57,985 bases of DNA. It comes from a virus. Taxonomy: Duplodnaviria; Caudoviricetes. Location of the stretch: IMG/VR virus record IMGVR_UViG_3300031812_000004, positions 1 through 57,985 of that record. One strand, written 5' to 3'. Numbering within the stretch: position 1 is the first letter of the stretch; each line of letters begins with the position of its first letter. Under the pieces are notes generated by a model, which was given only the letters and a program-made list of their open reading frames with translations, ran no database searches and was not told the origin of the DNA. The translations under genes and the position numbers were made by a program. This document shows, piece by piece, positions 20,266-30,455 of the stretch.

Positions 20266-21060
20266 TTAAGATTTTACAAACATTTCGGAGTATTCTTTTC
20301 CTATTACTCCTCTGACCATATCTTCAAAATCCTTTTCTTCAAGATTAAGTTTTTCGGTAACATACATAAGATTTGACAGAAATTTTATAGTGCGGTTGGT
20401 AGCAAAAGGCATGTTGTTTTCCTGTTTTTTATAACTTAATGTTTTATTTTCTTTTATCATGTTTTCAAGAAAACTTATAACTTTTTTATGATAGTTATTT
20501 TCTTTTGCATATTTTAACGTTTCTTCTATATTACTTTTTACTTTAAATACAGAACATCTTGTGAGTATAGGTGAAGGAAGTTCAGAAGCCAAGTCAGAAT
20601 CATCTGTATTATTTCCTGCAAGGATGATTACGGTATCATCTTTCAGTTTATGAGTCCCTGCAATTCTTTCCGTAATCATCTGCATTACTATACTTATTTC
20701 ATCTTCACTGGCGTTGGTAATTTCGTCTATAAATATAACGTCCGAATCAATAAAATAAGGTTTTGTATAAATTATACTTTCAATAGCTTCTTTTTTATTT
20801 GCTTTATTAAGTAAATTAGCAAATAATTCTTTGAAATTTACAGCAGGTATTCCTGTTATATTTTCCCTTGTAGTATTTGAAAGGTTTATAATGGATACTC
20901 TTTTATTTAATTCCTTGCAGGTCTGTAATACAGTATAACTTTTACCACATCCTACGGGTCCAAGAAAGCATTGAGTAACTCTCTTTTCTTTAGGAAGGCT
21001 TATATTGGTTTTTATAAGCTCCTTCATTTCTTCAAGATTTATTGTAAGATTGAATATCAT
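20266..21060 (-). CDS. MoxR-like AAA+ ATPase (AAA_5), short copy
   Basis: GPVGCGKS, ITGIP, IFIDEITN, ILAGN, LPSPILTRC. Confidence 0.85.
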   Translation of the reverse strand: MIFNLTINLEEMKELIKTNISLPKEKRVTQCFLGPVGCGKSYTVLQTCKELNKRVSIINLSNTTRENITGIPAVNFKELFANLLNKANKKEAIESIIYTKPYFIDSDVIFIDEITNASEDEISIVMQMITERIAGTHKLKDDTVIILAGNNTDDSDLASELPSPILTRCSVFKVKSNIEETLKYAKENNYHKKVISFLENMIKENKTLSYKKQENNMPFATNRTIKFLSNLMYVTEKLNLEEKDFEDMVRGVIGKEYSEMFVKS

Positions 21061-21080
21061 AGTGTTTTATTTTTTTATTT

Positions 21081-22190
21081 TTAGGTAAATTTAATAACTT
21101 TATCATAAAACTCTACAGAATCTTTATCATTTACATCCAGTACAGATTTGTCTTTAAATCTGTTCATATATTTATTTATAAGCCTTACATTGTTTTCATC
21201 CTTTGAAGTAAAAATAGACGTATAAACCATTTTATCTATATTGTTTTTGAATATTTTATAGCATTTTACTATATCCTTTGGATCTAAACTGTCATTAAGC
21301 AGGTAATTACTCATCCTATAGATAGTTACAAGCTTTGATTCGTAAGATATACTGTTAATTTTATCTTCAAGTTCTGACATTTTATCATTAGTTATACAAT
21401 CTTTTATATCTTCATAACTTACTGATTTTTGAGTTTTATTAACAAATTCAATAAAGTCCATTCCATACTTAAAACCTATTGTAGCACAAATATACTTGGT
21501 TTTCAGGTTTTCGTTTATATCTAAATCAAGTATATTATTGAGATTTTCCAACGATCTTGGTGTTATAAAAGCATTATTGGAATGCACTGACTCACTGTCT
21601 CCTATGCATTCAGGTTTGTATTTTATGTAACTTATTATGTGTTCATTCCATTTATTATCGATGGCATATCGTATGATACTTTCAAGGTCGTAGTCTATAT
21701 TAAGGAATGCCATTCTGGTTAGCATAGGCTCAGGAAGTTCTTTTGCCAGTGATGAGTGATTCAGATTATTACCTGCACAAATAATATACACATCATCTTT
21801 CAGTTTATGCGGACCGCAGATTCTTTCGGATATCATTTGCATGACAAGTTTTATAGAATAAGAATCTGAGTTCGTTATTTCATCTATGAATATTACATCT
21901 GAATCATGTAAAGGAAGTCTTGTAAAATGAACTTCCTGCCGGCATTCCTTATTTTCTTTTAACTCGTTAACAAGTTTTAAGAAATTGATTACAGGAATAC
22001 CTGTTATATCTTCCTTCGTTTTCCATGCAAGGTTTATAAGTGTAAGTTTTTTATTATATTTTTTGCATATATCTTTTATAATACTTGTTTTACCCACTCC
22101 TACTGGTCCTAATAAACATAAAGGGGTTCTTAAATCAGGAGGGCTTATAACATTAGCTTCCACAATCTTTTTAGCAGTAACAATATTCAT
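21081..22190 (-). CDS. MoxR-like AAA+ ATPase (AAA_5), long copy
   Basis: GPVGVGKT, DITGIP, IFIDEITN, ICAGN, LPEPMLTRM, TPRS. Confidence 0.85.
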   Translation of the reverse strand: MNIVTAKKIVEANVISPPDLRTPLCLLGPVGVGKTSIIKDICKKYNKKLTLINLAWKTKEDITGIPVINFLKLVNELKENKECRQEVHFTRLPLHDSDVIFIDEITNSDSYSIKLVMQMISERICGPHKLKDDVYIICAGNNLNHSSLAKELPEPMLTRMAFLNIDYDLESIIRYAIDNKWNEHIISYIKYKPECIGDSESVHSNNAFITPRSLENLNNILDLDINENLKTKYICATIGFKYGMDFIEFVNKTQKSVSYEDIKDCITNDKMSELEDKINSISYESKLVTIYRMSNYLLNDSLDPKDIVKCYKIFKNNIDKMVYTSIFTSKDENNVRLINKYMNRFKDKSVLDVNDKDSVEFYDKVIKFT

Positions 22191-22233
22191 TGTTTATTTA
22201 TTTAACTTTTTTTTAATTGTTTTTTTTTTTTGT

Positions 22234-23463
22234 TTAATCGAGGTAAAATATTCTTTCTCCTCTTACATTATCAAGGCTATGACTTCTTTTATACAGAACT
22301 ACAAATCTTTTAGTTCCGTTTTTTTGTGGTTTAAGATCTTCAAAAAGATACCCGTCTGTTACTAATATAAAATAATCGTATTTCTTTTTATCTGCATATT
22401 CTACCAAAGGATTCATATTGGTTCCGCCTCCGCCTTTTATATTTCTTTCAAACAATCTTTTTAGATCGCTTTTACTTTTAATCTTTTCTACATTATTTAT
22501 TTCTGTATCACAGGTAACTATATCAATTTTGTTTATACTTTTAATAAGTTCTTCTGAAAACGAGTAAACCAGACCTAGTTCTTTATCATTTATACTTGCG
22601 GAAGTGTCTATTCCTAATAAGACTTTTGCTTCTTTGTTATTTCCTATCCTTGATGGTAGAATACACATATTAGAAGCTGCTGTCGGATTTATCTTCGAGT
22701 AAGTTCGTTTGCTGTTTCCTTCATTATTTTTTATTTGCTTAATGATATATTTTGCTATATCCGGTTTTTCTTTTAACAGAGCTTTCTTTATTTTTCCTAG
22801 TAAAGAATTTCCTGATCTTAATCCTGCCTTTTTTAATTGAGATTCAAGACTTTCTGTGTTATATGGATTTATAACTTCTGATTCTGTTGACTTTCCTTCA
22901 CTTTCATCGCCTGTTATAGCTTCATCTTTAATCTGATTTTCGTCTATAATTTTAATTATCAATTTTTTTGGTTTTAATTCTTTAACAATTTTGTCATATA
23001 TTTCTTCAGCAGAATCTTCTTCACATATTCTTTCAGAGGAACTTTCATTACGTAATTTTTCATTTACATTTTCAAAAGTTACTCCTTTCTTGTTAGCTAT
23101 TTCATATAAAGATTCATCAATCTTTCTTATTATACTGTGTATTTCTACATCCGTAGCTATGTTCCATATTTCTTTATCTCTGTTTTCTCTTCTTAAATAA
23201 TGATTTAATTTTATATGAAGAAGTTCATGTAGTATAACCAAAATATAGCTTTTTTCATTATTTCCTATATATTTGTTGATATTTTTGGTATTAAGAAATA
23301 TTCTTCTGTTTTTTGCATCAGCATACGCTATTGCTTCTTTATTATATTTATCTTCAAAGTTTTTATCGATTTCCCAATGTATGTTTCCGGCAATGTCTAT
23401 TATAAGGTCCGGAAACTTCTTAAACATAACCTGAAATACCTTTTCTTCCCTTGTCATAATCAA
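22234..23463 (-). CDS. metallopeptidase-like + VWA domain protein (DUF2201-type)
   Basis: HELLH zincin motif, WNIATDVEI, MIDAS DTSAS, GGGGT, VTDGY. Confidence 0.85.
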   Translation of the reverse strand: MIMTREEKVFQVMFKKFPDLIIDIAGNIHWEIDKNFEDKYNKEAIAYADAKNRRIFLNTKNINKYIGNNEKSYILVILHELLHIKLNHYLRRENRDKEIWNIATDVEIHSIIRKIDESLYEIANKKGVTFENVNEKLRNESSSERICEEDSAEEIYDKIVKELKPKKLIIKIIDENQIKDEAITGDESEGKSTESEVINPYNTESLESQLKKAGLRSGNSLLGKIKKALLKEKPDIAKYIIKQIKNNEGNSKRTYSKINPTAASNMCILPSRIGNNKEAKVLLGIDTSASINDKELGLVYSFSEELIKSINKIDIVTCDTEINNVEKIKSKSDLKRLFERNIKGGGGTNMNPLVEYADKKKYDYFILVTDGYLFEDLKPQKNGTKRFVVLYKRSHSLDNVRGERIFYLD

Positions 23464-23819
23464 AGCATATCTTTAAAGAAATTAACATAATTTTCTCCCC
23501 ATCTTTCTCTTATAAAATATAACAAATAACTAGGATCTTTTACTTCTGTAGGGTAGTTTTTTGCAAAATTATAATAAGTTTCAGTAAGATCTATTCTTAC
23601 GTATTTTTCATCATCGAACAAATCCAATTCAAATATTATATTACTTAAAAACTCTTTATCTTTTATATCAAAGAATGATATAGTTCCGGATATAATTTCT
23701 CTGGCAAGTTGGTCTTTTTTCTTATTATAAAACAGTAAAGGTAATAATTTATTTATATTAAAAATCAATCTCAATATCCTGATTATCGAAGATTCCGTTT
23801 TCTTCTTGTGTCTTTTCAT
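23460..23819 (-). CDS. hypothetical protein
   Basis: 119-aa ORF overlapping the dnaB end; start uncertain. Confidence 0.5.
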   Translation of the reverse strand: MKRHKKKTESSIIRILRLIFNINKLLPLLFYNKKKDQLAREIISGTISFFDIKDKEFLSNIIFELDLFDDEKYVRIDLTETYYNFAKNYPTEVKDPSYLLYFIRERWGENYVNFFKDML

Positions 23820-24717
23820 TTACAAAGTTATCATTTTCCGGTAGTTCTGTGTTGTATCTTTTGTTAAAATCTATTTCTTCTATAAGTTCAAACAATAGGT
23901 TATTATTTATTTTGTACTTATAATGTTTTAATTCACCAAATCTGTTTTTAAGCATACCTATAATGCATTCCTTGTCGCTGAAAGGTATTTTGGCAGAACT
24001 GTATATATTTATGTTTCTCAGATCTGGTCTGTCTATATATATAACGATATCGCTATATTGCATAAGGATGTCACTGTTATATATATCGGATTCGTATATC
24101 TTTGCTTTATTAGAACCGTTTTTGCAACGTTCGTCGGATCCTATATCTCTGCGTAACTGACTCAGGACTATGCTGTAAATGCCGTTCTTTTTTAAAGTTA
24201 CCAAAGCTTCAAATAACGACTGCATTTCTGTTCCTGCTTTGGTTATAATAAGAGCATGGTCAACGCTGATAAGATTTTTACCGGTTTCTGTATATTCTTT
24301 CATAGCATAATATTCCAGTTCGCTTATACTACGTATTTCAGTTATGGTTGACCAGTTTTCGTCGGGGAGCATTTTGACTTTATTTTCTATGTCTTTAAGA
24401 TTTAACGTATCTACTCCCATGAATTTAAGTTCTCTTTTGATTTTCTCATATATAGGCATTTCCAGCTGGAAGTCCAGCCATCCTTTTATTTTCGTGTTTA
24501 TATCCTGGTTATTGCGGTTTTGGTAGTATAAATCCATGCACAGCTGGTCTTTTAATAAGGTTTTTCCCCACTGTGGTCTGGCAACTATACTTATAATGGA
24601 TGGGAAATTTAATACATCTTTCAGGAACCGGTAGTTTGTATTTACAAAGCTTAAATTTCTGGCATATTCAGTAAACGTTCTTATAGAATCTTTTCGTGTA
24701 ATGATCTTGTTTTCCAT
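23758..24717 (-). CDS. dnaB: DnaB-like replicative helicase (C-terminal ATPase domain only)
   Basis: ARPQWGKT, FQLEM, SVDH, LSQLRR, SDIVI, KNRFG. Confidence 0.85.
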   Translation of the reverse strand: MENKIITRKDSIRTFTEYARNLSFVNTNYRFLKDVLNFPSIISIVARPQWGKTLLKDQLCMDLYYQNRNNQDINTKIKGWLDFQLEMPIYEKIKRELKFMGVDTLNLKDIENKVKMLPDENWSTITEIRSISELEYYAMKEYTETGKNLISVDHALIITKAGTEMQSLFEALVTLKKNGIYSIVLSQLRRDIGSDERCKNGSNKAKIYESDIYNSDILMQYSDIVIYIDRPDLRNINIYSSAKIPFSDKECIIGMLKNRFGELKHYKYKINNNLLFELIEEIDFNKRYNTELPENDNFVNEKTQEENGIFDNQDIEIDF

Positions 24718-24824
24718 ACTTTTAACTTTTAACTTTCAAACTTTTCACTTTCCACTTTCTACTTTCTACTTTCAACTTTCCACTTTCAAACTTTCCACTT
24801 TCTACTTTCTACTTTCAACTTTCA
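24718..24824 (-). repeat. heptamer tandem array (GAAAGTN)n abutting the dnaB start codon
   Basis: Plus strand ACTTTCT/ACTTTCC/ACTTTCA units, about 15 copies. Confidence 0.9.
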
Positions 24825-25068
24825 TCTCTATAAGTCTTACAGCTGTTGGTATATCCCATTTATATTTCTCTTTTTCATTTATTCCTTTGACATTCAGTGT
24901 TCTTTTATGAACTCTGTAAGTAAAGTATGGGGTGCCGTAGTCTTGTTTAAGGAAAACATAATCTTTGGTTTCTTTTACTAAGGTATAGGTTATGGTAGTA
25001 TCAATTCCCTGATTCCTGAACAGAAGTTTGAACTTCCTGACTTTGTTTTTCTTTTCCATAAACTTCAT
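24802..25068 (-). CDS. hypothetical protein
   Basis: 88-aa basic ORF whose stop lies inside the heptamer array. Confidence 0.55.
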   Translation of the reverse strand: MKFMEKKNKVRKFKLLFRNQGIDTTITYTLVKETKDYVFLKQDYGTPYFTYRVHKRTLNVKGINEKEKYKWDIPTAVRLIEMKVESRK

Positions 25069-25708
25069 TTATGTAATAATAAGCAATAAGAGCAGAATCG
25101 GTAAGTCCGTCTTTAAATCCTCTTTTACCTATTACTTTTTCTTTATATTCCGGGAACAGTTTAATAAAGGTATTATAAGAAAGGTATTTTGTTTTCTTTT
25201 TGCTTTTACTTTGTTCGGTATTTTCCTGTTGTTGTGATTCAGGTAAAGAGGATATATATTTCTGCCATATTCTGGGATTTATACTGTACATTTTGATATG
25301 TAAGGCGTTACAAATACCTTCTATAACACCACGTTGTCTTCCCAGGCTATACATGGTATGCTTATGGATTTTAAATATACTTCCTATATCTTCGAAAACA
25401 ACAGTAACTTTACCGAACTTTTGCTGCTGGTTTTTAAGTATAATGACCAGCATGCCCGGATTGATAAAGTTAGAGAACCGTCTTGAAGTTCTTACTCCTT
25501 TGACAACAGGCATGTGTATAAGATCTACCAGCTTAAATTCCTGGCTTTTATTTTCTCTGGCAAATACTGATATACCACCCTTCATACCTATATCAATGCC
25601 AATAACACATTCTTTTTCATTGTTTTCCATAATCATATTGTTTTGTTCCTGCAAAGATACGTTATCTTTTTCTTTTTTTAAACTAAACTTTATTAATTTT
25701 CTTAACAT
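25001..25708 (-). CDS. ruvC: RuvC-like Holliday junction resolvase
   Basis: IGIDIGMKGG, VVFED, INPRIWQK, DGLTDSALIAYY. Confidence 0.85.
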   Translation of the reverse strand: MLRKLIKFSLKKEKDNVSLQEQNNMIMENNEKECVIGIDIGMKGGISVFARENKSQEFKLVDLIHMPVVKGVRTSRRFSNFINPGMLVIILKNQQQKFGKVTVVFEDIGSIFKIHKHTMYSLGRQRGVIEGICNALHIKMYSINPRIWQKYISSLPESQQQENTEQSKSKKKTKYLSYNTFIKLFPEYKEKVIGKRGFKDGLTDSALIAYYYINEVYGKEKQSQEVQTSVQESGN

Positions 25709-25737
25709 GACTAATTATTTTTTTTTTTATTTTTTTT

Positions 25738-25977
25738 TTATCTGAAAGCATCTATAGTTTTTTCAACCATCATCATAAAAGCAGTATAAAATATATTACA
25801 TGCTACAGTAAAGAAAGATATAAGCAGATATCCTGCAACTTCGTTATAATTTTCTTCATTTCTTACGTAATCTATAACAAAATTATAACACCAAATGTTA
25901 ATTTTTACTAAAAAGAAAATATATACTATATAGAATATAGTTTTAATAAGTTCGATAAGTGCTACTTTTCCTTTCAT
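25738..25977 (-). CDS. small membrane protein
   Basis: Two hydrophobic segments. Confidence 0.55.
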   Translation of the reverse strand: MKGKVALIELIKTIFYIVYIFFLVKINIWCYNFVIDYVRNEENYNEVAGYLLISFFTVACNIFYTAFMMMVEKTIDAFR

Positions 25978-25980
25978 AAT

Positions 25981-26184
25981 TTAGTTGTTTAGTACTATTT
26001 CCAGTTTTTTATTATAGCTATATTTATCAAAGTTTTTAATTGCTTTTTTCATTGTATTTCCCAATTTATAGATATCTTCCTGGCTTTTAAGTCTTAATAT
26101 AAAACTTAAATTTTCTTCTTTACATTCACCTTTTACTTTGATATAATCTTTGTCCGGCAGTATTGTGTAAACTATTTTGTTCAT
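25981..26184 (-). CDS. hypothetical protein
   Basis: 67-aa ORF with A-tract leader. Confidence 0.5.
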   Translation of the reverse strand: MNKIVYTILPDKDYIKVKGECKEENLSFILRLKSQEDIYKLGNTMKKAIKNFDKYSYNKKLEIVLNN

Positions 26185-26205
26185 AATTACTATTTTTTTT
26201 TTTAA

Positions 26206-26451
26206 TTATTTTTTTGTATTAATAATAGCATAATATAACGCATCTCTTCCATGGTTATCTCTGGCGTTAACATCTGCTCCATAGTCTATGAGAAGTTCAG
26301 CTATTTCAGGATACCCTTTTTCAGCAGCAACCATCAAAGCTGTTCTTCCATGTTCATCTCTCATATTAACATCTATACCATCATGAATAAACAATAATAC
26401 TTTTTCGTAATTTCTTTCTCTTACAGCATCAAAAAATTCATTTGTTTCCAT
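26206..26451 (-). CDS. ankyrin-repeat protein (short)
   Basis: GRTALMVAAEKGYPEIAELLIDYGADVNARD; likely start METNEFF. Confidence 0.9.
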   Translation of the reverse strand: METNEFFDAVRERNYEKVLLFIHDGIDVNMRDEHGRTALMVAAEKGYPEIAELLIDYGADVNARDNHGRDALYYAIINTKK

Positions 26452-26471
26452 AAATTTACATTTTAAATGGT

Positions 26472-27188
26472 TTAACAATAGAACATTTCATATTCTTCTT
26501 CAAAAAGTTTATAAGATCTTTTATTTATTTTTATTTCATCTATAATTTTCTTACTATCACAATCGGTAGTATAATGATTTATTCTGTTCTTTTGAAAATC
26601 ATAGGTTATTATTCTTTTAGGACTAATATCTCTTATACAATCCAGTTCATATTGTGGTATTTTGTATAGCAAGTTAAGATATAAAGAGTTGTTAAACTGA
26701 TCTGGCAGGTTACTACTTACTATAAGATCGTTATAGAATTCTTTATTTAATGTTTTTTCATAGTCTGTACCTTTAAAACCAAAAATGTCGATTATCTTAC
26801 TTTCCAAAGCCACGTAGTTTCTAATCCATTTTTTTGTAAAGTCGTGGCTATACAGTCCTATATAATGTTCTATATTTCTGTATGTTATAGGGTGTCTTAT
26901 TTCATCCAGATCTTTAATACAAATTAACAGTCCTGATTCAAAGTTTTCAAGACTTAGTATAACAAAGACTTCTGAGAGATTGGTTTGAATATAATGCCAA
27001 TATGATCCAAGATTTTCTCTTTTTTCTTTATCGTTAAGTCTTTCGTAATGTTCTGTATATTTCAGTATATTTCCGAGTTTACGTTTTATAACTTTAAATC
27101 CGAATCCATCCTTATTCAGGATGTTGCAATATAATTCTTTTATTCCTTCCAGTTCTGTTGATTTTAATACTCTCATCCTGAAATACAA
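26472..27188 (-). CDS. hypothetical protein
   Basis: 238-aa ORF. Confidence 0.6.
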   Translation of the reverse strand: MYFRMRVLKSTELEGIKELYCNILNKDGFGFKVIKRKLGNILKYTEHYERLNDKEKRENLGSYWHYIQTNLSEVFVILSLENFESGLLICIKDLDEIRHPITYRNIEHYIGLYSHDFTKKWIRNYVALESKIIDIFGFKGTDYEKTLNKEFYNDLIVSSNLPDQFNNSLYLNLLYKIPQYELDCIRDISPKRIITYDFQKNRINHYTTDCDSKKIIDEIKINKRSYKLFEEEYEMFYC

Positions 27189-27190
27189 AT

Positions 27191-27535
27191 TTAAATAAAA
27201 GGTAATATTTTATTATTAGTTTCGTAGGTTTTAATCTCATTTTCTTTCAGGTATACATCTTTCATTATTTCAATTATAATTTCTTCTTTTTCTTTATCTT
27301 CGATTTCATTCTTTTTATAAACTATTAAACTTCTGAGTATACCTGCTTCTCCTATACTTAATGTACCGTAATCAGTTTTTTTGTTTATAATGTCAAGACA
27401 TACCTGAAGATGTTCTTCATTAACGCTTGACATTATAAGCTTGATTATTTTATATACTTCTCTTCCTTTCTTTATATTCTTTTCATCTGATATGTCAGAA
27501 CCTGTACCGTTAATATTCTTTATTATTTCTAACAT
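27191..27535 (-). CDS. hypothetical protein
   Basis: 114-aa ORF with TAAATTTG box upstream. Confidence 0.6.
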   Translation of the reverse strand: MLEIIKNINGTGSDISDEKNIKKGREVYKIIKLIMSSVNEEHLQVCLDIINKKTDYGTLSIGEAGILRSLIVYKKNEIEDKEKEEIIIEIMKDVYLKENEIKTYETNNKILPFI

Positions 27536-27659
27536 AACTGTTCTTTATTGCAAATTTAATAAAAATAATCTCTTGTTGTTTTCAAATTATTATATAATTT
27601 CAATTTTTAATGAACAATTTAAAACATAAAAGATCTTATAGTCAGGTTATAAAGTAATA

Positions 27660-28502
27660 TCAGGCTTCTTCCAGTTCAGCTTCCATCAGGTTGAAGCTTC
27701 TGTTGGCAAGTTCGAATCCTCTTCCCAGGATTATATTTCTGAACTTGCCTTTTTCTCCTTTCCTTGTGGGCATGCTATGGGTTACATATCTTGTGATCCC
27801 GTTATGCAGTCCCCACAGGTTATATCCTATTTTATCGCATTCCAGTTTTATATCATTAAGTAATATGTTATTTTCTTCTTTTCCTGTAATTTTCTTTATA
27901 TGTTCTATAATATACTTTTGATCTATTTGTACTTTAGCAAACCTGTTCAGTTTTTCTATAAGATTTTGATTATTGTTAATAGCATATTGTATATTGTTTT
28001 TCATTTCTTCGATTCTCATGTTAGCGTTTGACAAATGCCGTATATGGAATTGTGACTTTTTGAGCAATTTATAGAACTGGTTTTGGCAGGTCATTCTTTT
28101 ATATCCGATACCGACAGCATACGATATTGTTTTATCGTAGCTGTTAAAAATTGTTATATATTGTTCTGTATCGTCCCCGTTGACTTTAAAAGTATCCCCC
28201 ACTTTGAACTGGACAAACATCTTTTTGCCACCATCCAGTTCTCCTGCTTTTATCAATGAAAGTTTATTTTCTGAGTTTTCATTATAAACCTGTAAAGCGT
28301 CCATAATATTTTGGACAGCTTCGCAGTATGTTATTATATGATATTTTCTGTCTACTACGGATAACATTTTACCGTTATCTGTTCTTATAATAGCATACTT
28401 GCTTGTATTAAATTGCTGTCCATTATTGAAATAAGACAGCTGTTTTTTCTCGACTCCAAAATCGAGACCATATTCATTGCAGATTTCGTTTGCTGTTTTC
28501 AT
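27660..28502 (-). CDS. DUF932 family phage/plasmid protein
   Basis: GLDFGVEK, AIIRTDNG, AGELDGGKKMFVQ, NSYD, RMTCQN, IRH, NLWGLHNGITRY; likely start MKTANE. Confidence 0.85.
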   Translation of the reverse strand: MKTANEICNEYGLDFGVEKKQLSYFNNGQQFNTSKYAIIRTDNGKMLSVVDRKYHIITYCEAVQNIMDALQVYNENSENKLSLIKAGELDGGKKMFVQFKVGDTFKVNGDDTEQYITIFNSYDKTISYAVGIGYKRMTCQNQFYKLLKKSQFHIRHLSNANMRIEEMKNNIQYAINNNQNLIEKLNRFAKVQIDQKYIIEHIKKITGKEENNILLNDIKLECDKIGYNLWGLHNGITRYVTHSMPTRKGEKGKFRNIILGRGFELANRSFNLMEAELEEA

Positions 28503-28601
28503 AGGATTCAAATTTAATAGTTTAACGTTTTTTTTATTATTTGTATTTTCATATTTTAACAAAATTTATAAATTTATATTGTTCAAAATTATAATATTTT
28601 A

Positions 28602-29078
28602 TTATAATTTATGATTTACAAGAATGTTTACAACATCATCATTTCTGGACCAGGCTGCCCAGACCAGAGCGTTCCATCCGTTTTCTTTGTCTCTTATATT
28701 TACATCTGCTCCTTTTTCAAGAAGCGATTTAACAACAGGAGTATGTCCTTTTCTTGCTGCCCAGATGAGAGCTGTATTTCCCCATACGTTTTGAGCGTTT
28801 ACATCCGCATTATTTTCAAGGAGCAGGTTGACAATTTCAGTATAACCATTATAAGCAGCCCACATAAGAGCCGTCCAGCCATAATCGTCTCTTGCGTTTA
28901 TATCTGCATTGTTTTCAAGTAAGACTTTTACAGTTCCCATGTCACCATTTTTAGCTGCATGCATCAGATATACATTTATTCCTTTTTCAAGTAATAGTTT
29001 TACATTCTTAATATCTTCAATCAATGCAGTATTATAAAATGGTTTTGTTTGATAATTGTATGCATATTTGTTTTTCAT
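28602..29078 (-). CDS. ankyrin-repeat protein (about 4 repeats)
   Basis: GWTALMWAAYNGYTEIVNLLLENNADVNA, GNTALIWAARKGHTPVVKSLLEKGADVN. Confidence 0.92.
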   Translation of the reverse strand: MKNKYAYNYQTKPFYNTALIEDIKNVKLLLEKGINVYLMHAAKNGDMGTVKVLLENNADINARDDYGWTALMWAAYNGYTEIVNLLLENNADVNAQNVWGNTALIWAARKGHTPVVKSLLEKGADVNIRDKENGWNALVWAAWSRNDDVVNILVNHKL

Positions 29079-29135
29079 AATTATAAATTTTAACAAATTT
29101 TTAATCATTTAATGTTATATTTCATTATAATTTAC

Positions 29136-29423
29136 TTACATATAAGATTGTCCGGGATATATATATGAAGAATAATATTGCAATTCAAGTTCCAGTTCTG
29201 AAAGTCTTGAATCTATAGCCGATATAGTGTCTAATAGCTCTTTTGCTTCCTCACCATTCTTACAATTTTTCAATCTTTCAAGTAAATTTTCTTTCAACTT
29301 TATAATGCTTATTCTTTCCTGACACAGGTTATTATATATGCTTAAATAGTGTGTCAGAACTTCGTCTCTGATTTCATCTTCATTATATCCGTCCCATATA
29401 AGATATTCAGTTCCGTTTCCCAT
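29136..29423 (-). CDS. hypothetical coiled-coil protein
   Basis: 95-aa ORF directly downstream of a heptamer array. Confidence 0.6.
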   Translation of the reverse strand: MGNGTEYLIWDGYNEDEIRDEVLTHYLSIYNNLCQERISIIKLKENLLERLKNCKNGEEAKELLDTISAIDSRLSELELELQYYSSYIYPGQSYM

Positions 29424-29431
29424 AGTACATT

Positions 29432-29676
29432 AGTTTAAAGTTACAAGTTAAAAGTTGAAAGTTATAAGTTTAAAATTTAAAGTTGCAAGTTAAAAGTTAC
29501 AAGTTTAAAGTTACAAGTTTAAAGTTACAAGTTTAAAGTTACAAGTTTAAAGTTACAAGTTTAAAGTTACAAGTTTAAAGTTACAAGTTCATACTTTTTA
29601 CTTTTGACTTTATACTTTTAACTTTTTACTTTTATCTTTTTACTTTTTACTTTTATCTTTTTACTTTTTACTTTTA
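29432..29676 (-). repeat. bipartite heptamer fold-back array
   Basis: (AAAGTTACAAGTTT)n followed on + by (TACTTTT)n; in mRNA sense an AAAAGT arm, then an AACTT arm. Confidence 0.9.
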
Positions 29677-29850
29677 TTTTTGTAAAATATCTGATATTTT
29701 CTTATCTATCAATAATCCTGTGAATATAAATGTAAAAAATGAAAATGCAGGATGATTTTTAACAAACACGCTTAAAAAATATAACATACTATCATATTTT
29801 ATGTAGTGTATACATACAAACCAGAATACAAACATAAATATTGTTACCAT
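29674..29850 (-). CDS. 58-aa membrane protein (not in ORF track)
   Basis: Translated by hand: MVTIFMFVFWFVCIHYIKYDSMLYFLSVFVKNHPAFSFFTFIFTGLLIDKKISDILQK. Confidence 0.5.
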   Translation of the reverse strand: MVTIFMFVFWFVCIHYIKYDSMLYFLSVFVKNHPAFSFFTFIFTGLLIDKKISDILQK

Positions 29851-29883
29851 ATTTTTTGAATATTTTATGAAAATTTTGAATTG

Positions 29884-29936
29884 AAAAAAAAGGCTTAATC
29901 TGTTCTGTATTATCTTTATAGAACAGACTAAGCCTT
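29884..29936 (-). terminator. intrinsic terminator
   Basis: AAGGCTTAGTCTGTTCT..AGAACAGATTAAGCCTT stem followed by a U-tract, just after the stop at 29945. Confidence 0.8.
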
Positions 29937-29944
29937 AAAATCAT

Positions 29945-30331
29945 TTATTCTTTGTTTTCTACTTCGCTTTTAGTTTCTTGCTTTTTGTTTTTTCCGGTGA
30001 TTACATTATATTCTTCAACTGTAATGTTGTAAATTTCCCATCCCATTACAGTTTGGAAAGGCTTTAATTTCTTTTCGTTTACATAAATGCTTCTGTCATC
30101 CTGTACTTTAAACAGTACAAGATTTCCTTCGTCATCATCCGGAATGATTAATGGAACACCGCTTTTACGTGTTGTGACACAAATGGCACCACTTTTTTTG
30201 AAATTCCCTCTAACGGGAACAACGGTGTTTCCAAGGCTAATACCTTGCGTATTACTCATTTCGGGATTCCTTATAACTTTTGCAGTATAAATGGAATCCC
30301 CTACAAGTATTTTAATGTTGTTGATAGGCAT
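29945..30331 (-). CDS. hypothetical early protein
   Basis: 128-aa ORF flanked by hairpins. Confidence 0.7.
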   Translation of the reverse strand: MPINNIKILVGDSIYTAKVIRNPEMSNTQGISLGNTVVPVRGNFKKSGAICVTTRKSGVPLIIPDDDEGNLVLFKVQDDRSIYVNEKKLKPFQTVMGWEIYNITVEEYNVITGKNKKQETKSEVENKE

Positions 30332-30377
30332 AAACTTATTTTTTTTGCTTGTTAGACATAAACTTGTTAAAAATTAT

Positions 30378-30412
30378 AAAAAGGGCAGAACTGAAGTTAT
30401 ATCAGCCTGCCC
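30378..30412 (-). terminator. probable intrinsic terminator
   Basis: GGGCAG..CTGA/TCAG..CTGCCC hairpin followed by U5 on minus. Confidence 0.65.
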
Positions 30413-30455
30413 ATTAAAACTTAAAATTAGTTAAATGGTTAAGCCACTAGCACTG

